Shown in pieces: positions 9,136 through 18,393 of a stretch of DNA of 64,000 nt. The notes under the pieces are model-generated. The model searched no databases. It saw only the letters and a list, made by a program, of their open reading frames with translations, and was not told the DNA's origin. Every line of letters starts with the position of its first letter. Position 1 is the first letter of the stretch. The DNA is from an uncultured Planctomycetaceae bacterium (lineage in GTDB: Bacteria > Planctomycetota > Planctomycetia > Pirellulales > PNKZ01), in assembly GCA_964652155.1 (NCBI GenBank), contig CAZZBK010000008.1, positions 15,261 through 79,260 of the forward strand, read 5' to 3'. The position numbers and the translations under genes were made by a program.

Positions 9136-9180
9136 AACGACCGCGAATCAAGCCCAAAAGCGGCTTGGTTCGCGGTCGTT
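9136..9180 (-). terminator. Rho-independent terminator (hairpin plus U7 on minus strand), possibly bidirectional
   Basis: AACGACCGCGAA..CAAGCC-loop-GGCTTG..TTCGCGGTCGTT. A7 at 9127-9133 becomes a U7 run after the hairpin on the minus strand, downstream of the 9207-9530 gene. Lies between convergent genes. Confidence 0.8.
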
Positions 9181-9206
9181 AATGAATAATGCGCCGTCGC
9201 AGGGCG

Positions 9207-9530
9207 TTACCAACCCATGACCATGTTGGACTCGATGACTTTGCGCGCTCGCTCCAGGTCGTCTCCGGTCTCGTGCATATATAGCCGGATGGCGTGGACC
9301 TTGTCGCCACGGGCTTTGCTCAGGCAATCGCGGGCCGTGTGACAGACCTCGGTCGACGGATGGATGCCGAGCGCGCTTTTCGATATCACCCAGGTATCGC
9401 GCGGCCGCTTGGTGAGCCGGTTGATCCGCTCACCCGGATAAGCGCTTTGCACGACCGCCGCGGCAGCGTCCTGATCGCTTGCCCAGGTGATGATGATATG
9501 TGCTTCCGTCTCGATTTCGAACAGTGGCAT
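9207..9530 (-). CDS. Hypothetical small protein (107 aa)
   Basis: ATG start and its own strong terminator. C-terminal KVHAIRLYMHETGDDLERARKVIE resembles the L7/L12 C-terminal helix-turn motif. No family recognised. Confidence 0.55.
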   Translation of the reverse strand: MPLFEIETEAHIIITWASDQDAAAAVVQSAYPGERINRLTKRPRDTWVISKSALGIHPSTEVCHTARDCLSKARGDKVHAIRLYMHETGDDLERARKVIESNMVMGW

Positions 9531-9722
9531 GACTGGTTCCCCTTTCGACTAGACAGGACAATGTTGGTTGGCAAAATGCCGCGTCAAATGGGGCGTGGCA
9601 ACGGTGATCGTAACCAGCACGGCTACGGATCGTCAACGACATTTCTCAGGGGGACCGCCGCACGCCCCTGAGCCCACAGAGCGGGCTTGGCCCGCGGTTG
9701 TCCGACATTTTCAGGGCAGCGC

Positions 9723-10562
9723 CTACAACCCATAAAACGCCACCGCCGTCTCGCCAAAGATGGCCGCTTGTTCCGACGCGCTGATCGGCCCCAACGCCTC
9801 GAGCAACGCCTGATACACTTGCTCGTAGCTGCCAGCCAACTCACACACCGGCCAGTCCGATCCAAACATGCAGCGTCGCGGCCCGAACAAATCGAGCGCA
9901 TGCTTCACATACGGCGTTAGATCACTCGCCTTCCAGTGCTGCCATTCTGCCTCGGTGATGAGCCCCGACAGCTTGACATGGACGTTGGGAAACTTGGCCG
10001 CCGCACGCAGATGGGGCAGCCAGTTGTTCAACGCGCGCGATTTGATCCGCGGCTTGGCCAGGTGATCGATCACCAACGGCAGCTCAGGAAAATGCTGGGC
10101 CAAGAATGCCGCATGACGCAAATGCTTCACATAGAACAGCAGGTCGAACGGCACGCGATGCTTTTCGAGCACCTTGAGCCCCGCGAGCACGTCGCCTCGG
10201 ACGATAAAATCGTCGTCCGGCTCGTCTTGCGTAATATGCCGCACGCCAACGAACTTGCGATGCTGCTTGAACTCGAGCACTTGCCGCTCGCAATCGGGAC
10301 TCGCCAAGTCGACCCAGCCGACGACGCCTGCGATGAACTCATGCCGCTCAGAGAGCGACAGCGCCCAGCGATTCTCGTCCAAGTTATGTTGCGTCTGCAC
10401 TAACACGCTCTGTTGGATCTGCGTGTTGTGGAGATGGGGCAACAAATCCTCGGGCAGATAATCCCCCGCGATGGGTGCATGCTGCGGCGCGTCGAGCCAG
10501 CGGTAGTCAAACGGCTCGCTTCGTCGCCAGAAGTGCTGATGGGCATCGATCCGTCGGGGCAT
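9723..10562 (-). CDS. Amidohydrolase-2 family protein (lactonase/decarboxylase-like)
   Basis: N-terminal IDAHQHFW metal-binding motif and a ~280-aa TIM-barrel hydrolase pattern. Confidence 0.8.
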   Translation of the reverse strand: MPRRIDAHQHFWRRSEPFDYRWLDAPQHAPIAGDYLPEDLLPHLHNTQIQQSVLVQTQHNLDENRWALSLSERHEFIAGVVGWVDLASPDCERQVLEFKQHRKFVGVRHITQDEPDDDFIVRGDVLAGLKVLEKHRVPFDLLFYVKHLRHAAFLAQHFPELPLVIDHLAKPRIKSRALNNWLPHLRAAAKFPNVHVKLSGLITEAEWQHWKASDLTPYVKHALDLFGPRRCMFGSDWPVCELAGSYEQVYQALLEALGPISASEQAAIFGETAVAFYGL

Positions 10563-10625
10563 GATCGTCCTGAGTGCAATGATTTCGCGGCCAGCCCTTT
10601 CCCTCGGAGACTATCCTATAACCGA

Positions 10626-10676
10626 GGGAACTGTCCGAATTTGCAAAGGCTGCGATGCAAATTGGGGCTGTCCCCC
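10626..10676. repeat. GC-rich hairpin element, copy homologous to 681-731
   Basis: GGGAACTGTCCGAATTTGC...GCAAATTGGGGCTGTCCCCC. Shares the AATTTGC/GCAAATT stem and the TTGGGRCNGTCCCCCTC end with the copy at 681-731. Confidence 0.6.
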
Positions 10677-10992
10677 TCGCATTTCGGTTTTAGGATTGGC
10701 TCCTAGAGGCATTTTCCGGCTCATGGGTACGTATCTACCGGGAGCGCTCGCTGGTTGTCAAGCAGGCGAACATCCTCCGCGCAGCCCTATAGGGTCGCAG
10801 CGCATCATGTGCTGACTCGAACGAAAGTGGAGGGCTCCTGAACTCAAGGTAGCATTGTCTTCGAGAAAAACCCTGCCGTACGTCACGGCAGCCCCACAAG
10901 CACGACAGCCGGGCCGATAAGGTAGCCTCGCTCTGTCGGCAGCGAATCGAGAACGATACTGCCGTGTGCGAGCGCGCCGGGATCATCGGCGC

Positions 10993-11928
10993 TCAGAACT
11001 TGACGTTCGTGCGGCCTTTGAGCGCGAGCAGACGACGCGTTTCCTCGGGCGTGGCGACGCCGAGCGACAACTCGTCGAGCAGACGGCGAATCTTTTGCAC
11101 CTGCTGGGCGTTGCTCGTGGCAAGCTCGCCCTTGCCGATGTACAAATTGTCTTCAAGGCCGACGCGGACGTTGCCCCCCATGATCGCGCCGGACGTGACG
11201 AAATTCGTCTGATGTCGTCCGGCCGCCAAGATCGACCAGACGTAATCGTTGCCAAAGAGCTTGTCGGCAATCCGCCGCATGTGCAACAGGTTTTCCATGT
11301 CGGCACCGATGCCGCCGAAAATGCCAAAGATCGTCTGCACAAACAGCGGCGGCTGGAGCACTTTGCGCTCCAGGAAGTGATGCAGCGTGTAGAGGTGCCC
11401 GACGTCGTAGCACTCGAACTCGAAGCGCGTGCCGCAGCCGTGACCGAGGCGCTGGATGATCTGCTCGATGTCGGCAAACGTGTTGCGGAAGATGTAATTG
11501 CGCGTGTTCTCCAAGTAGCGCGGCTCCCAATCGTGCTGCCACTTGGGGTAACGATCGAGGAGTTGGAAGAGCCCAAAGTTCATCGAGCCCATGTTGAGCG
11601 AGCACATCTCGGGCTGGGCCCGCAGGGGTGCCGCAAGTCGTTCGTCGACCGTCATATTGTGCCCGCCGCCGGTCGTGATGTTGATCACGGCATCGGTCTG
11701 GCTCTTGATCTGGCCGAGAAATTTGAAGAACACGTCGGGGTTGGGAGTCGGGCAGCCGGTCGCTTCGTCCCGGGCGTGCAGGTGCAGAATCGACGCGCCG
11801 GCCTGGGCCGCCTCGACCGCACTCTTCGCAATCTGCTCGGGCGTGATCGGCAAGTGCGGCGACATCGTGGGCGTGTGAATGGCACCCGTCACGGCGCAGG
11901 TAATAATCACATTGCGAGTGGTGGCCAC
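10993..11928 (-). CDS. 3-keto-5-aminohexanoate cleavage enzyme family (BKACE/DUF849)
   Basis: VIITCAVTGAIHT...ILHLHARD...INITTGGG pattern. A GTG start at 11928 follows AAGGAG (11935-11940). The track ORF extension to 12219 overlaps the upstream gene. Confidence 0.85.
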   Translation of the reverse strand: MATTRNVIITCAVTGAIHTPTMSPHLPITPEQIAKSAVEAAQAGASILHLHARDEATGCPTPNPDVFFKFLGQIKSQTDAVINITTGGGHNMTVDERLAAPLRAQPEMCSLNMGSMNFGLFQLLDRYPKWQHDWEPRYLENTRNYIFRNTFADIEQIIQRLGHGCGTRFEFECYDVGHLYTLHHFLERKVLQPPLFVQTIFGIFGGIGADMENLLHMRRIADKLFGNDYVWSILAAGRHQTNFVTSGAIMGGNVRVGLEDNLYIGKGELATSNAQQVQKIRRLLDELSLGVATPEETRRLLALKGRTNVKF

Positions 11929-11953
11929 ACAAAGCTCCTTGCTGGACGAGGCG

Positions 11954-12919
11954 TTAGGCGGGCGAGGTCGATGGTCGAGCGTGAAACAGTTTGAGCAGCG
12001 CCAAGTAACGCTGATCGCGCTCGGTGAGTGCGGCGTTGGCCTGCTCGGCCGGGTAGTCGTAAAAACCGTGGCCGGTCTTGAAGCCGTAATGCCCTTGCGA
12101 CACGATCTGCTCAACGACCGTGGGGATCTCCGTGTCGCTGCGAATCTCAGGGCACAAATTGCGATAGACGGCCGCCTGAATGTCGAGCCCGCCAAAGTCA
12201 TGAATCCGCAGAGGGCCAAGCGCCGCGAGGCGAAAACCCATGCTGCCCCGAATGGCCGCGTCGATATCTTCGACCGACGCCACTCCTTGATCGAGCAGGC
12301 TCCACACCTCGCGCATCACGGCCACCTGCACCCGATTGACAAGAAAGCCGGGCAACTCGCGGCGAATCACGATCGCCAACTTGCCAATGCGACGATGCAC
12401 AGCGAGCGTCGCCTGAGTGACCGCCTCGCTGGTCGCGGGGGAAGGGACAATTTCGACCGTTGGCACAATGTGCGGCGGGTTGAACCAGTGCGTGACGAGC
12501 GCTCGCTCAGGATGACGCAACCGCGCGCCGCTTTGCGAGATCGGGAAACTGGACGAGTTGCTGGCCAGGATGGTATCCGCTGCGGCGCATGATTCGATTT
12601 CCGCAAACAACGCCTGCTTGGCTGAGAGGTCTTCACGCACCGCCTCGACGACGAGTTGCACTCCCTGGCAGGCCGCGGCGAGCGTGTCATGCACATGCAA
12701 CCGCGACAACAGCGGTTCGACCTCGTGTGCCTTGAGCAGATCGAACCGCACGAAGTCGTCGAGGTTGTTTCGCACTCGATCGACGACCGAGGCGCGAGCC
12801 GCCGCAACATCGTCGTACAAGTGGCACTCGATCCCGCCCGCCGCAAAGGCCTGCGCGATGCCGTGTCCCATCGTGCCCAACCCGAGCACGGCAATCGATT
12901 GAATGGCGGTTTCGCTCAT
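11954..12919 (-). CDS. 3-hydroxyacyl-CoA dehydrogenase family protein (L-carnitine dehydrogenase-like)
   Basis: Rossmann motif IAVLGLGTMGHGIA. HADH N- and C-domain pattern. ATG at 12919. Confidence 0.85.
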   Translation of the reverse strand: MSETAIQSIAVLGLGTMGHGIAQAFAAGGIECHLYDDVAAARASVVDRVRNNLDDFVRFDLLKAHEVEPLLSRLHVHDTLAAACQGVQLVVEAVREDLSAKQALFAEIESCAAADTILASNSSSFPISQSGARLRHPERALVTHWFNPPHIVPTVEIVPSPATSEAVTQATLAVHRRIGKLAIVIRRELPGFLVNRVQVAVMREVWSLLDQGVASVEDIDAAIRGSMGFRLAALGPLRIHDFGGLDIQAAVYRNLCPEIRSDTEIPTVVEQIVSQGHYGFKTGHGFYDYPAEQANAALTERDQRYLALLKLFHARPSTSPA

Positions 12920-13021
12920 CACAGATCATCTCATGAGTGACATGATAATTGGCCAAGTAACCAATCGAGGATGCATATATTGGCACGTGATGTTAGGGCT
13001 GTCCAGCGAATCGCGATCGAC

Positions 13022-13948
13022 TCAGGGGGGAGCGTCGGTGGTTCTGAGCGATTCATGACGGTCGCGGTTGACGAGACCCGAGGGAATGAAATTATTCGCC
13101 AGGCGATACACGCTGCCGTCGCGGCGCAGCACTGCGGCCAACGCGCCGGTCGGTTCCAGACAGGCGACCTCGTCGGCGTCGAGGTCACTGCGGCACGGGA
13201 TCGGCCGGCCATGCGAGACCCGTTCGCGCTCGTCGGGCGTGAGCGTGAAGCACGGCAACGCCTCGACGGCCCGCGCGAGAGGCAGTATCCACGTGGGGAG
13301 CAAGTCGGGGGTGACTTGCTCCCAAGGACAGGCCGAGTCGAGCGTGAACGAGCCCACGGCGGTCCGCTCGAGCGCCGACATCACCGCGCCGCTCCCCACG
13401 GATTCGGCCAAGTCGCGGCCCAACGCCCGAATGTAGGTCCCGCCGCTGCACGCGACATCGAGCGTCATGCTCGGGTAGTCGTACTCGACGATGTCGAGGC
13501 GGTAGATGCTCACGGGCCGCTCGGTGATCTCGACCGTGCGCCCGCGGCGGGCGAGTTTATAGGCCCGCTTGCCGTTGAGCTTGACGGCTGAAAAAGCAGA
13601 CGGCCGCTGCATGAGCTCGCCGGTGAAGCGTGCCGCGGCAGCGACCAACTCGGCCCGCGATGGAATGGCCGCGTGCTCGAGCAGCGTGACTTCTGTCTCC
13701 AGGTCTTCGCTGGGGCTGGTCCGGCCGAGCAGGAACGTGCCGCGATAACGCTTAGGGAGCCGCTGCACGTAGTCGATCGCGCGCGTGGCGAGGCCGACGG
13801 CGATGACAAGCACGCCGCTGGCGAGTGGGTCGAGAGTGCCCGCGTGGCCGACGCGAGTTTGTCCCAAGGCGGTCACGACCTGATCGACGACCCCCCGCGA
13901 CGATACGCCCGAGGGCTTCGCGATGTTGAACAAGCCGTGGAGTGCCAT
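13022..13948 (-). CDS. truB: tRNA pseudouridine(55) synthase
   Basis: GHAGTLDPLASGVL catalytic Asp motif and KPSGVSS near the N-terminus. Confidence 0.92.
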   Translation of the reverse strand: MALHGLFNIAKPSGVSSRGVVDQVVTALGQTRVGHAGTLDPLASGVLVIAVGLATRAIDYVQRLPKRYRGTFLLGRTSPSEDLETEVTLLEHAAIPSRAELVAAAARFTGELMQRPSAFSAVKLNGKRAYKLARRGRTVEITERPVSIYRLDIVEYDYPSMTLDVACSGGTYIRALGRDLAESVGSGAVMSALERTAVGSFTLDSACPWEQVTPDLLPTWILPLARAVEALPCFTLTPDERERVSHGRPIPCRSDLDADEVACLEPTGALAAVLRRDGSVYRLANNFIPSGLVNRDRHESLRTTDAPP

Positions 13949-13963
13949 CAACGCTCTCGATTG

Positions 13964-15490
13964 CTACGGTTCGTCGTTCAGGCCACGGATGGCAAAGTCG
14001 TAGAGCGAGGCGATCTCGGCGGCCGATTTGTGGCCCAAGTTCGTAAAGCGGCGGTACAGCGTGTCGGGATCGTCGACGCCGAGCGCGGCAAGCTGCCGGA
14101 ACTTGAACGCGAGCAGGTCGTCGAGGTGGCCGCTCGTGTTGCGGGCGTGCCCCTCGGGGTACATCACCAAGCCGCTCTCGAGAAAGCCGAGCCGTTCGTG
14201 CTCGATCTCGATCGAGGTGGGGATGCCGTCGGGATATTTCAGGTCGTAGTCGTGGCCGCCGTGGCGAAACTCGATCCGTTCCATCAGCCGGCGCGTCACG
14301 GGGTGCATGAGCGCCGCGTCATCGTAGTCGGCGGGGAGCAGCATCAGGTCGCGCCAGTTGGAGTGCCGCTGTTCGAGCGCTTTGCGCAATAGCGTGGCGA
14401 TGATGTAGACCATCGAGTGGTCGGCGCTCTGCCGCGTGCGTGGGTCGCGTTTGTGTGGGTCGCCAATGATATGAAAGGCGGGCTCGTAGATGGCGATGCG
14501 AACACAGCGAATCGCCGACTCGTTCTGGAGCACGTCCGGGTATTGCGCGAGCAGGTCGATCAGCCCTTGAATGGCCCCGGCCGACTGATGCTCGTACAGG
14601 CCGATCTTGAAGTGCATGCCCATCACAGTGAAGTCGTCGCCGGAGCGCGACAGCACCAACTCGAAGGGGCTTTGTCCGCGGCGCTCGGGTTTGCCGAACA
14701 GGCAGAAGATCGCCTCGGGGTTGCGAAAGATGTCGGCCGGTCCCACGAACCCGCGCATGGCCCGTTTCATGCTCAGTACGGCAACCTCGGCGCTCAGAGC
14801 GGCCGACGCCCCTTTCGAGTCGCTGAGCTGATGGCCGTGACGAATGGCGCGGAAGGGAATGTAGTGCGCGACGACAAGGCCCACGGCTGACTCGATCTGA
14901 TCGACAGTCGCGCCGAGCATGGCCCCATACGTGACGGCCGAGGCGATGGCTCCATGCACGACATGGTCGATCTTGTAATCTTTGAGCGCAAACACCTCGG
15001 CGAGCCGGCCGCGAATTTCGTCAAGCAGGATCATGCCGCGGAGGGTTTGTCGACCATCGAGGCCGGCGAGCTGCGCCGCCGCGATGGCGACGGGATAAAA
15101 ATCGTTGTGACCGAATTCGCCCCGGGTGTGGCCCCTGGAGGGGTTGTAGCCAAAGTTCGTGCCATTGGCATCCCACTCGCGAACGGCCGACGAGTTGGCG
15201 GCGACCGCCTTCTCGCTCGGCACATTGACCCGCGAACCAAAGCAGGGGACGCCGCGCTGCGCGCCATGCACGCGGTAGTCGAGCGCCTCGCGGCGCAGGA
15301 CGCGCGGCGCGTTGGTGTCGCAGGCCAAAGCCGAGACCCCGCAGGCCACGCTGTCTACATGGAATCGCTCAACCTGCGCGAACACGCGTTCGCCAGGCGA
15401 GAGCGTCGTGTCGCTCAAAAAGTCGAGCGCGTACTGGGCCAAAGAGCGCGCTTGGTTCGAGTCGGCGGAGAGGATCACTTGTTCCGACAT
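13964..15490 (-). CDS. MmgE/PrpD family protein (2-methylcitrate dehydratase-like)
   Basis: Length and overall pattern match the PrpD family. The first ATG is at 15490; the track start at 15535 is TTG. Start uncertain. Confidence 0.75.
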   Translation of the reverse strand: MSEQVILSADSNQARSLAQYALDFLSDTTLSPGERVFAQVERFHVDSVACGVSALACDTNAPRVLRREALDYRVHGAQRGVPCFGSRVNVPSEKAVAANSSAVREWDANGTNFGYNPSRGHTRGEFGHNDFYPVAIAAAQLAGLDGRQTLRGMILLDEIRGRLAEVFALKDYKIDHVVHGAIASAVTYGAMLGATVDQIESAVGLVVAHYIPFRAIRHGHQLSDSKGASAALSAEVAVLSMKRAMRGFVGPADIFRNPEAIFCLFGKPERRGQSPFELVLSRSGDDFTVMGMHFKIGLYEHQSAGAIQGLIDLLAQYPDVLQNESAIRCVRIAIYEPAFHIIGDPHKRDPRTRQSADHSMVYIIATLLRKALEQRHSNWRDLMLLPADYDDAALMHPVTRRLMERIEFRHGGHDYDLKYPDGIPTSIEIEHERLGFLESGLVMYPEGHARNTSGHLDDLLAFKFRQLAALGVDDPDTLYRRFTNLGHKSAAEIASLYDFAIRGLNDEP

Positions 15491-15538
15491 CGGATCACCA
15501 TCCTGGTCAGCCGTGCGAACCCATGAATCGGTCAAGTC

Positions 15539-16924
15539 TTACTGGGGCAAGCGCCCCTTCTCGACCTTGGGGAACTCGCCGGTGCAGGCCTTCATGAACT
15601 CGACCAGGTCTTTTTTGTCTTGATCGTTGAGTTCGAGCTTCTTGAGCTTTTCGTCGAGGGTCGGGTTCGGATGCCCTCCCTTGGCGTAGAACTCGACGAC
15701 CTCTTCGAGCGTCTTCTGCGAGCCGTCGTGCATGTAGGGGGCCGACAGGGCGACGTTGCGGATCGTGGGGGTCTTGAACGCGCCCTTTTCCTTTTCGACC
15801 TTGGTCACCTCGAAGCGGCCGAGGTCGGGCTTCTCGGCTTGCATGCCGACGCCGATATTGTGATACAGCTCGTCGGCCAAGTTGGGCCCGACGTGGCAGG
15901 CCGTGCAGTTCCCCTTGTTGCTGAAGAAAATCTCGCGGCCGCGCTTGGCCGATTCCGACATCGGATGCTTGTCGACACCGTCCTTGGCCGCAAGGTAGAC
16001 CTTGTACAGGTCGGGATCGTCCTTCTTGAGCTCCTCGGGGTCCATGCCCGCAAAGCCGCGGAACTGCTCGTTGTAATCGAACGGCGACGCCGAGGTGACT
16101 ATAGCCCGCTCGAACGTGGCGATCGCCTTGCCGACCTCGTCGATGGTCAACTTGCCAAAGATCTTCTCAAATTGCCGCTTGTAACCTTCGATTCCCTCAA
16201 GGGTCTTCACGGCGTTCTCGTGCGTGTTGGCCATTTCGATCGGATTGGCGATCGGGCCCACGGCCTGGGCTTCGAGCGACGCGGCGCGGCCATCCCAGAA
16301 TTGCTTGTCGCTCAGAATGCGATTGTAAGCGACCGGTGAGTTACGCCCCCCTTGCTGGCCAGCCACGCCAATGCCGAACTGCGTGTGGGCAGCGTAACCC
16401 TCGTCAGGACTGTGACAGCTTGCGCAGCTAATCGTGCCGTCCTTCGACAGTCGACCGTCGAAATACAGTTGTCGCCCGAGTTCGATCTTGGCGCGGGTCA
16501 GTGGATTCTCCTTAACCCCTTTCACCTGCCCCGCCCCGGTGCTCAGGCCGAGCGGCAACTCGATATCGAGTGGCTCGTGGTTCTTGGGGTCAGCGAGCCA
16601 CGCCTGGACTTGCTCGACCGTGACCGGACCCGAGCCGGGGATGCCGGCGGTCAACTCGGGGGAGCCGAGCAGGGTCTTGCTGGACTGGGCGGGGGCGGCT
16701 GGCGCGGCGGGGGCGGGAACGGCGGCAGGAGTCGCGTCGGCCTTGGGCTCAGCTTTCGGCGGCGGAGCCGCTGGCTTGGGGGAGGCGTCGACCGGCTTGG
16801 TTTCAACTTTCGTTTCAACCTTGGGCTCGCTCTTGGCTTTGGGAGGGGTGCTTGGCTGCAAGCAGCCCGTCCAACTGACAGCCAACAGACACAAGCCGAT
16901 TCCGTAAATACGCCCGATACGCAT
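15539..16924 (-). CDS. Di-haem cytochrome c peroxidase (CCP/MauG family), lipoprotein-like with Pro/Ala/Lys-rich linker
   Basis: Two CxxCH motifs (CASCHS, CTACHV). Signal/lipobox-like LLAVSWTGC. Low-complexity region PKAKSEPKVETKVETKP...PAPAAPAAP. Confidence 0.88.
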   Translation of the reverse strand: MRIGRIYGIGLCLLAVSWTGCLQPSTPPKAKSEPKVETKVETKPVDASPKPAAPPPKAEPKADATPAAVPAPAAPAAPAQSSKTLLGSPELTAGIPGSGPVTVEQVQAWLADPKNHEPLDIELPLGLSTGAGQVKGVKENPLTRAKIELGRQLYFDGRLSKDGTISCASCHSPDEGYAAHTQFGIGVAGQQGGRNSPVAYNRILSDKQFWDGRAASLEAQAVGPIANPIEMANTHENAVKTLEGIEGYKRQFEKIFGKLTIDEVGKAIATFERAIVTSASPFDYNEQFRGFAGMDPEELKKDDPDLYKVYLAAKDGVDKHPMSESAKRGREIFFSNKGNCTACHVGPNLADELYHNIGVGMQAEKPDLGRFEVTKVEKEKGAFKTPTIRNVALSAPYMHDGSQKTLEEVVEFYAKGGHPNPTLDEKLKKLELNDQDKKDLVEFMKACTGEFPKVEKGRLPQ

Positions 16925-16993
16925 GAATGATCCCTTTGCTAACTCGTGAAACCGAATCGATCCATCCTTCGCCGAAAAAAACACGCCCTGCGG

Positions 16994-17677
16994 TTACTCG
17001 TCGTGCAGAAAGTTGAACAACTGCCAGCCGACGATGCCACCCAATATCGGTGAGACGATGAACAACCAGACGATTTGCAGCGACGCGCCCCCCTGCATCA
17101 GGGCGGGTCCCAAGCTACGGGCCGGGTTGAGCGACGAGTCGCCGAGCGGCGCGCCGACCAAGTGCGCGATGAACAAAAAACCGCCGATCGCGTAACCCTC
17201 GAAACCGGCCGGTGCCCCTTTGCGCGTGACGGTAAAAATCGTCAACAAGAACAGGGCCGTCATGATGAGTTCCCAACCGAACAGCGCGTAGGTCTCCATT
17301 TCGCGCGGGTTACCGTTAGCGCCAAGGCCATGCTCTTTCAGGCTGTAACCCGGTATGCCGTTGAGCAACATCAGCAGCACGGCACTCGCGGCTACCGCGC
17401 CCAAGCATTGCGCCACGATATACGGAACAATGTCACTCTTGGGCAACCGACCGCTCAAGCCCATCGGGATCGTGACGGCCGGATTCAGGTGACAGCCCGA
17501 GACCGGCCCGATCGTCCAGACCAGCGTCATGAGTGTAAAGCCAAACGCCATCGAGATGCCGAGCCAACCGTTGTTGCCGTAGGCCTCGCTGAACGGGCCC
17601 CCTTGCAGCGTGGCGACCGCGGTCCCCACGAACACTAACGTGAACGTGCCAATGAATTCCGCCAGATATTTACGCAT
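16994..17677 (-). CDS. aqpZ: Aquaporin Z (MIP family channel)
   Basis: Two NPA boxes (HLNPAVT, SLNPARS). The ATG at 17677 gives MRKYLAEFIGTF, like the AqpZ N-terminus. Confidence 0.92.
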   Translation of the reverse strand: MRKYLAEFIGTFTLVFVGTAVATLQGGPFSEAYGNNGWLGISMAFGFTLMTLVWTIGPVSGCHLNPAVTIPMGLSGRLPKSDIVPYIVAQCLGAVAASAVLLMLLNGIPGYSLKEHGLGANGNPREMETYALFGWELIMTALFLLTIFTVTRKGAPAGFEGYAIGGFLFIAHLVGAPLGDSSLNPARSLGPALMQGGASLQIVWLFIVSPILGGIVGWQLFNFLHDE

Positions 17678-17733
17678 GATCGCCACAGTCTCCGCGCGAG
17701 GTTGAGAGAACGTTGTTCCGTGAGTGCCGCGGG

Positions 17734-18252
17734 TTACAGCACCTTGTTCAAAGCCGCCAGCGCGGCGTCGTAGTTCGGTTCCTGAGCCACTTCCTTGACC
17801 AGTTCGCCATACACCACGGTGCCGCTCTTGTCGAGCACATAGATCGCCCGGGCCAACAGTTGCAGTTCCTCGATGAGCAAGCCCCAGCTCTTACCGAAAT
17901 TCTTGTCAAAGTAATCGCTGGCCGAGACGAGGTTCTTGATATTCTCGGCACCGCAAAAACGGTTCATGGCAAACGGCAGGTCGAGGCTCACGGTCAGCGC
18001 GTTGACTTTGTCGCCCTGCGCGCCAAGCGCCTCGTTGAACTTGCGGGTCTGAATCTGACACACCGGCGTATCGAGCGAGGGGACCACGCTGATGACGGTG
18101 GCCTTCCCCTTGATCGTGTCGAGGGTGATTTCCTTGAGCCCCCCTTCGAACTTGTGCAGCCGGAAGGCCGGAGCACTCTTGCCCACCTCGACGGCATTGC
18201 CCGCCAACGTCATCGGGTTGCCCTTGAACGTAACCGCGCCGGCGCGAGACAT
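17734..18252 (-). CDS. tpx: Thiol peroxidase (atypical 2-Cys peroxiredoxin)
   Basis: 172 aa starting at the ATG at 18252. SLDTPVC peroxidatic Cys and RFC resolving Cys. The rest of the 573-aa track ORF is antisense to the neighbouring ADH gene. Confidence 0.9.
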   Translation of the reverse strand: MSRAGAVTFKGNPMTLAGNAVEVGKSAPAFRLHKFEGGLKEITLDTIKGKATVISVVPSLDTPVCQIQTRKFNEALGAQGDKVNALTVSLDLPFAMNRFCGAENIKNLVSASDYFDKNFGKSWGLLIEELQLLARAIYVLDKSGTVVYGELVKEVAQEPNYDAALAALNKVL

Positions 18253-18393
18253 ATGAAAACTCCTTGGATAGGCGGCTTCGAGCGAAAGTCTGCGCGGCAC
18301 AGGGTGATCGTGACCGCACAGGGCCCTTAGTATCCCCGTTTCTCGCGCGGGTTCAATCCCCTTGCTCCACGCCGCAGGCCGCTTTATGGTAGC

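Noticed and set aside
18340-18370. tRNA-like T-loop (GCGGGTTCAATCCCC)
   Set aside because: The flanking bases cannot form a T-stem (no CCCGC 3' partner), and no acceptor or anticodon arms can be built. It lies in the tpx/ADH divergent promoter region.
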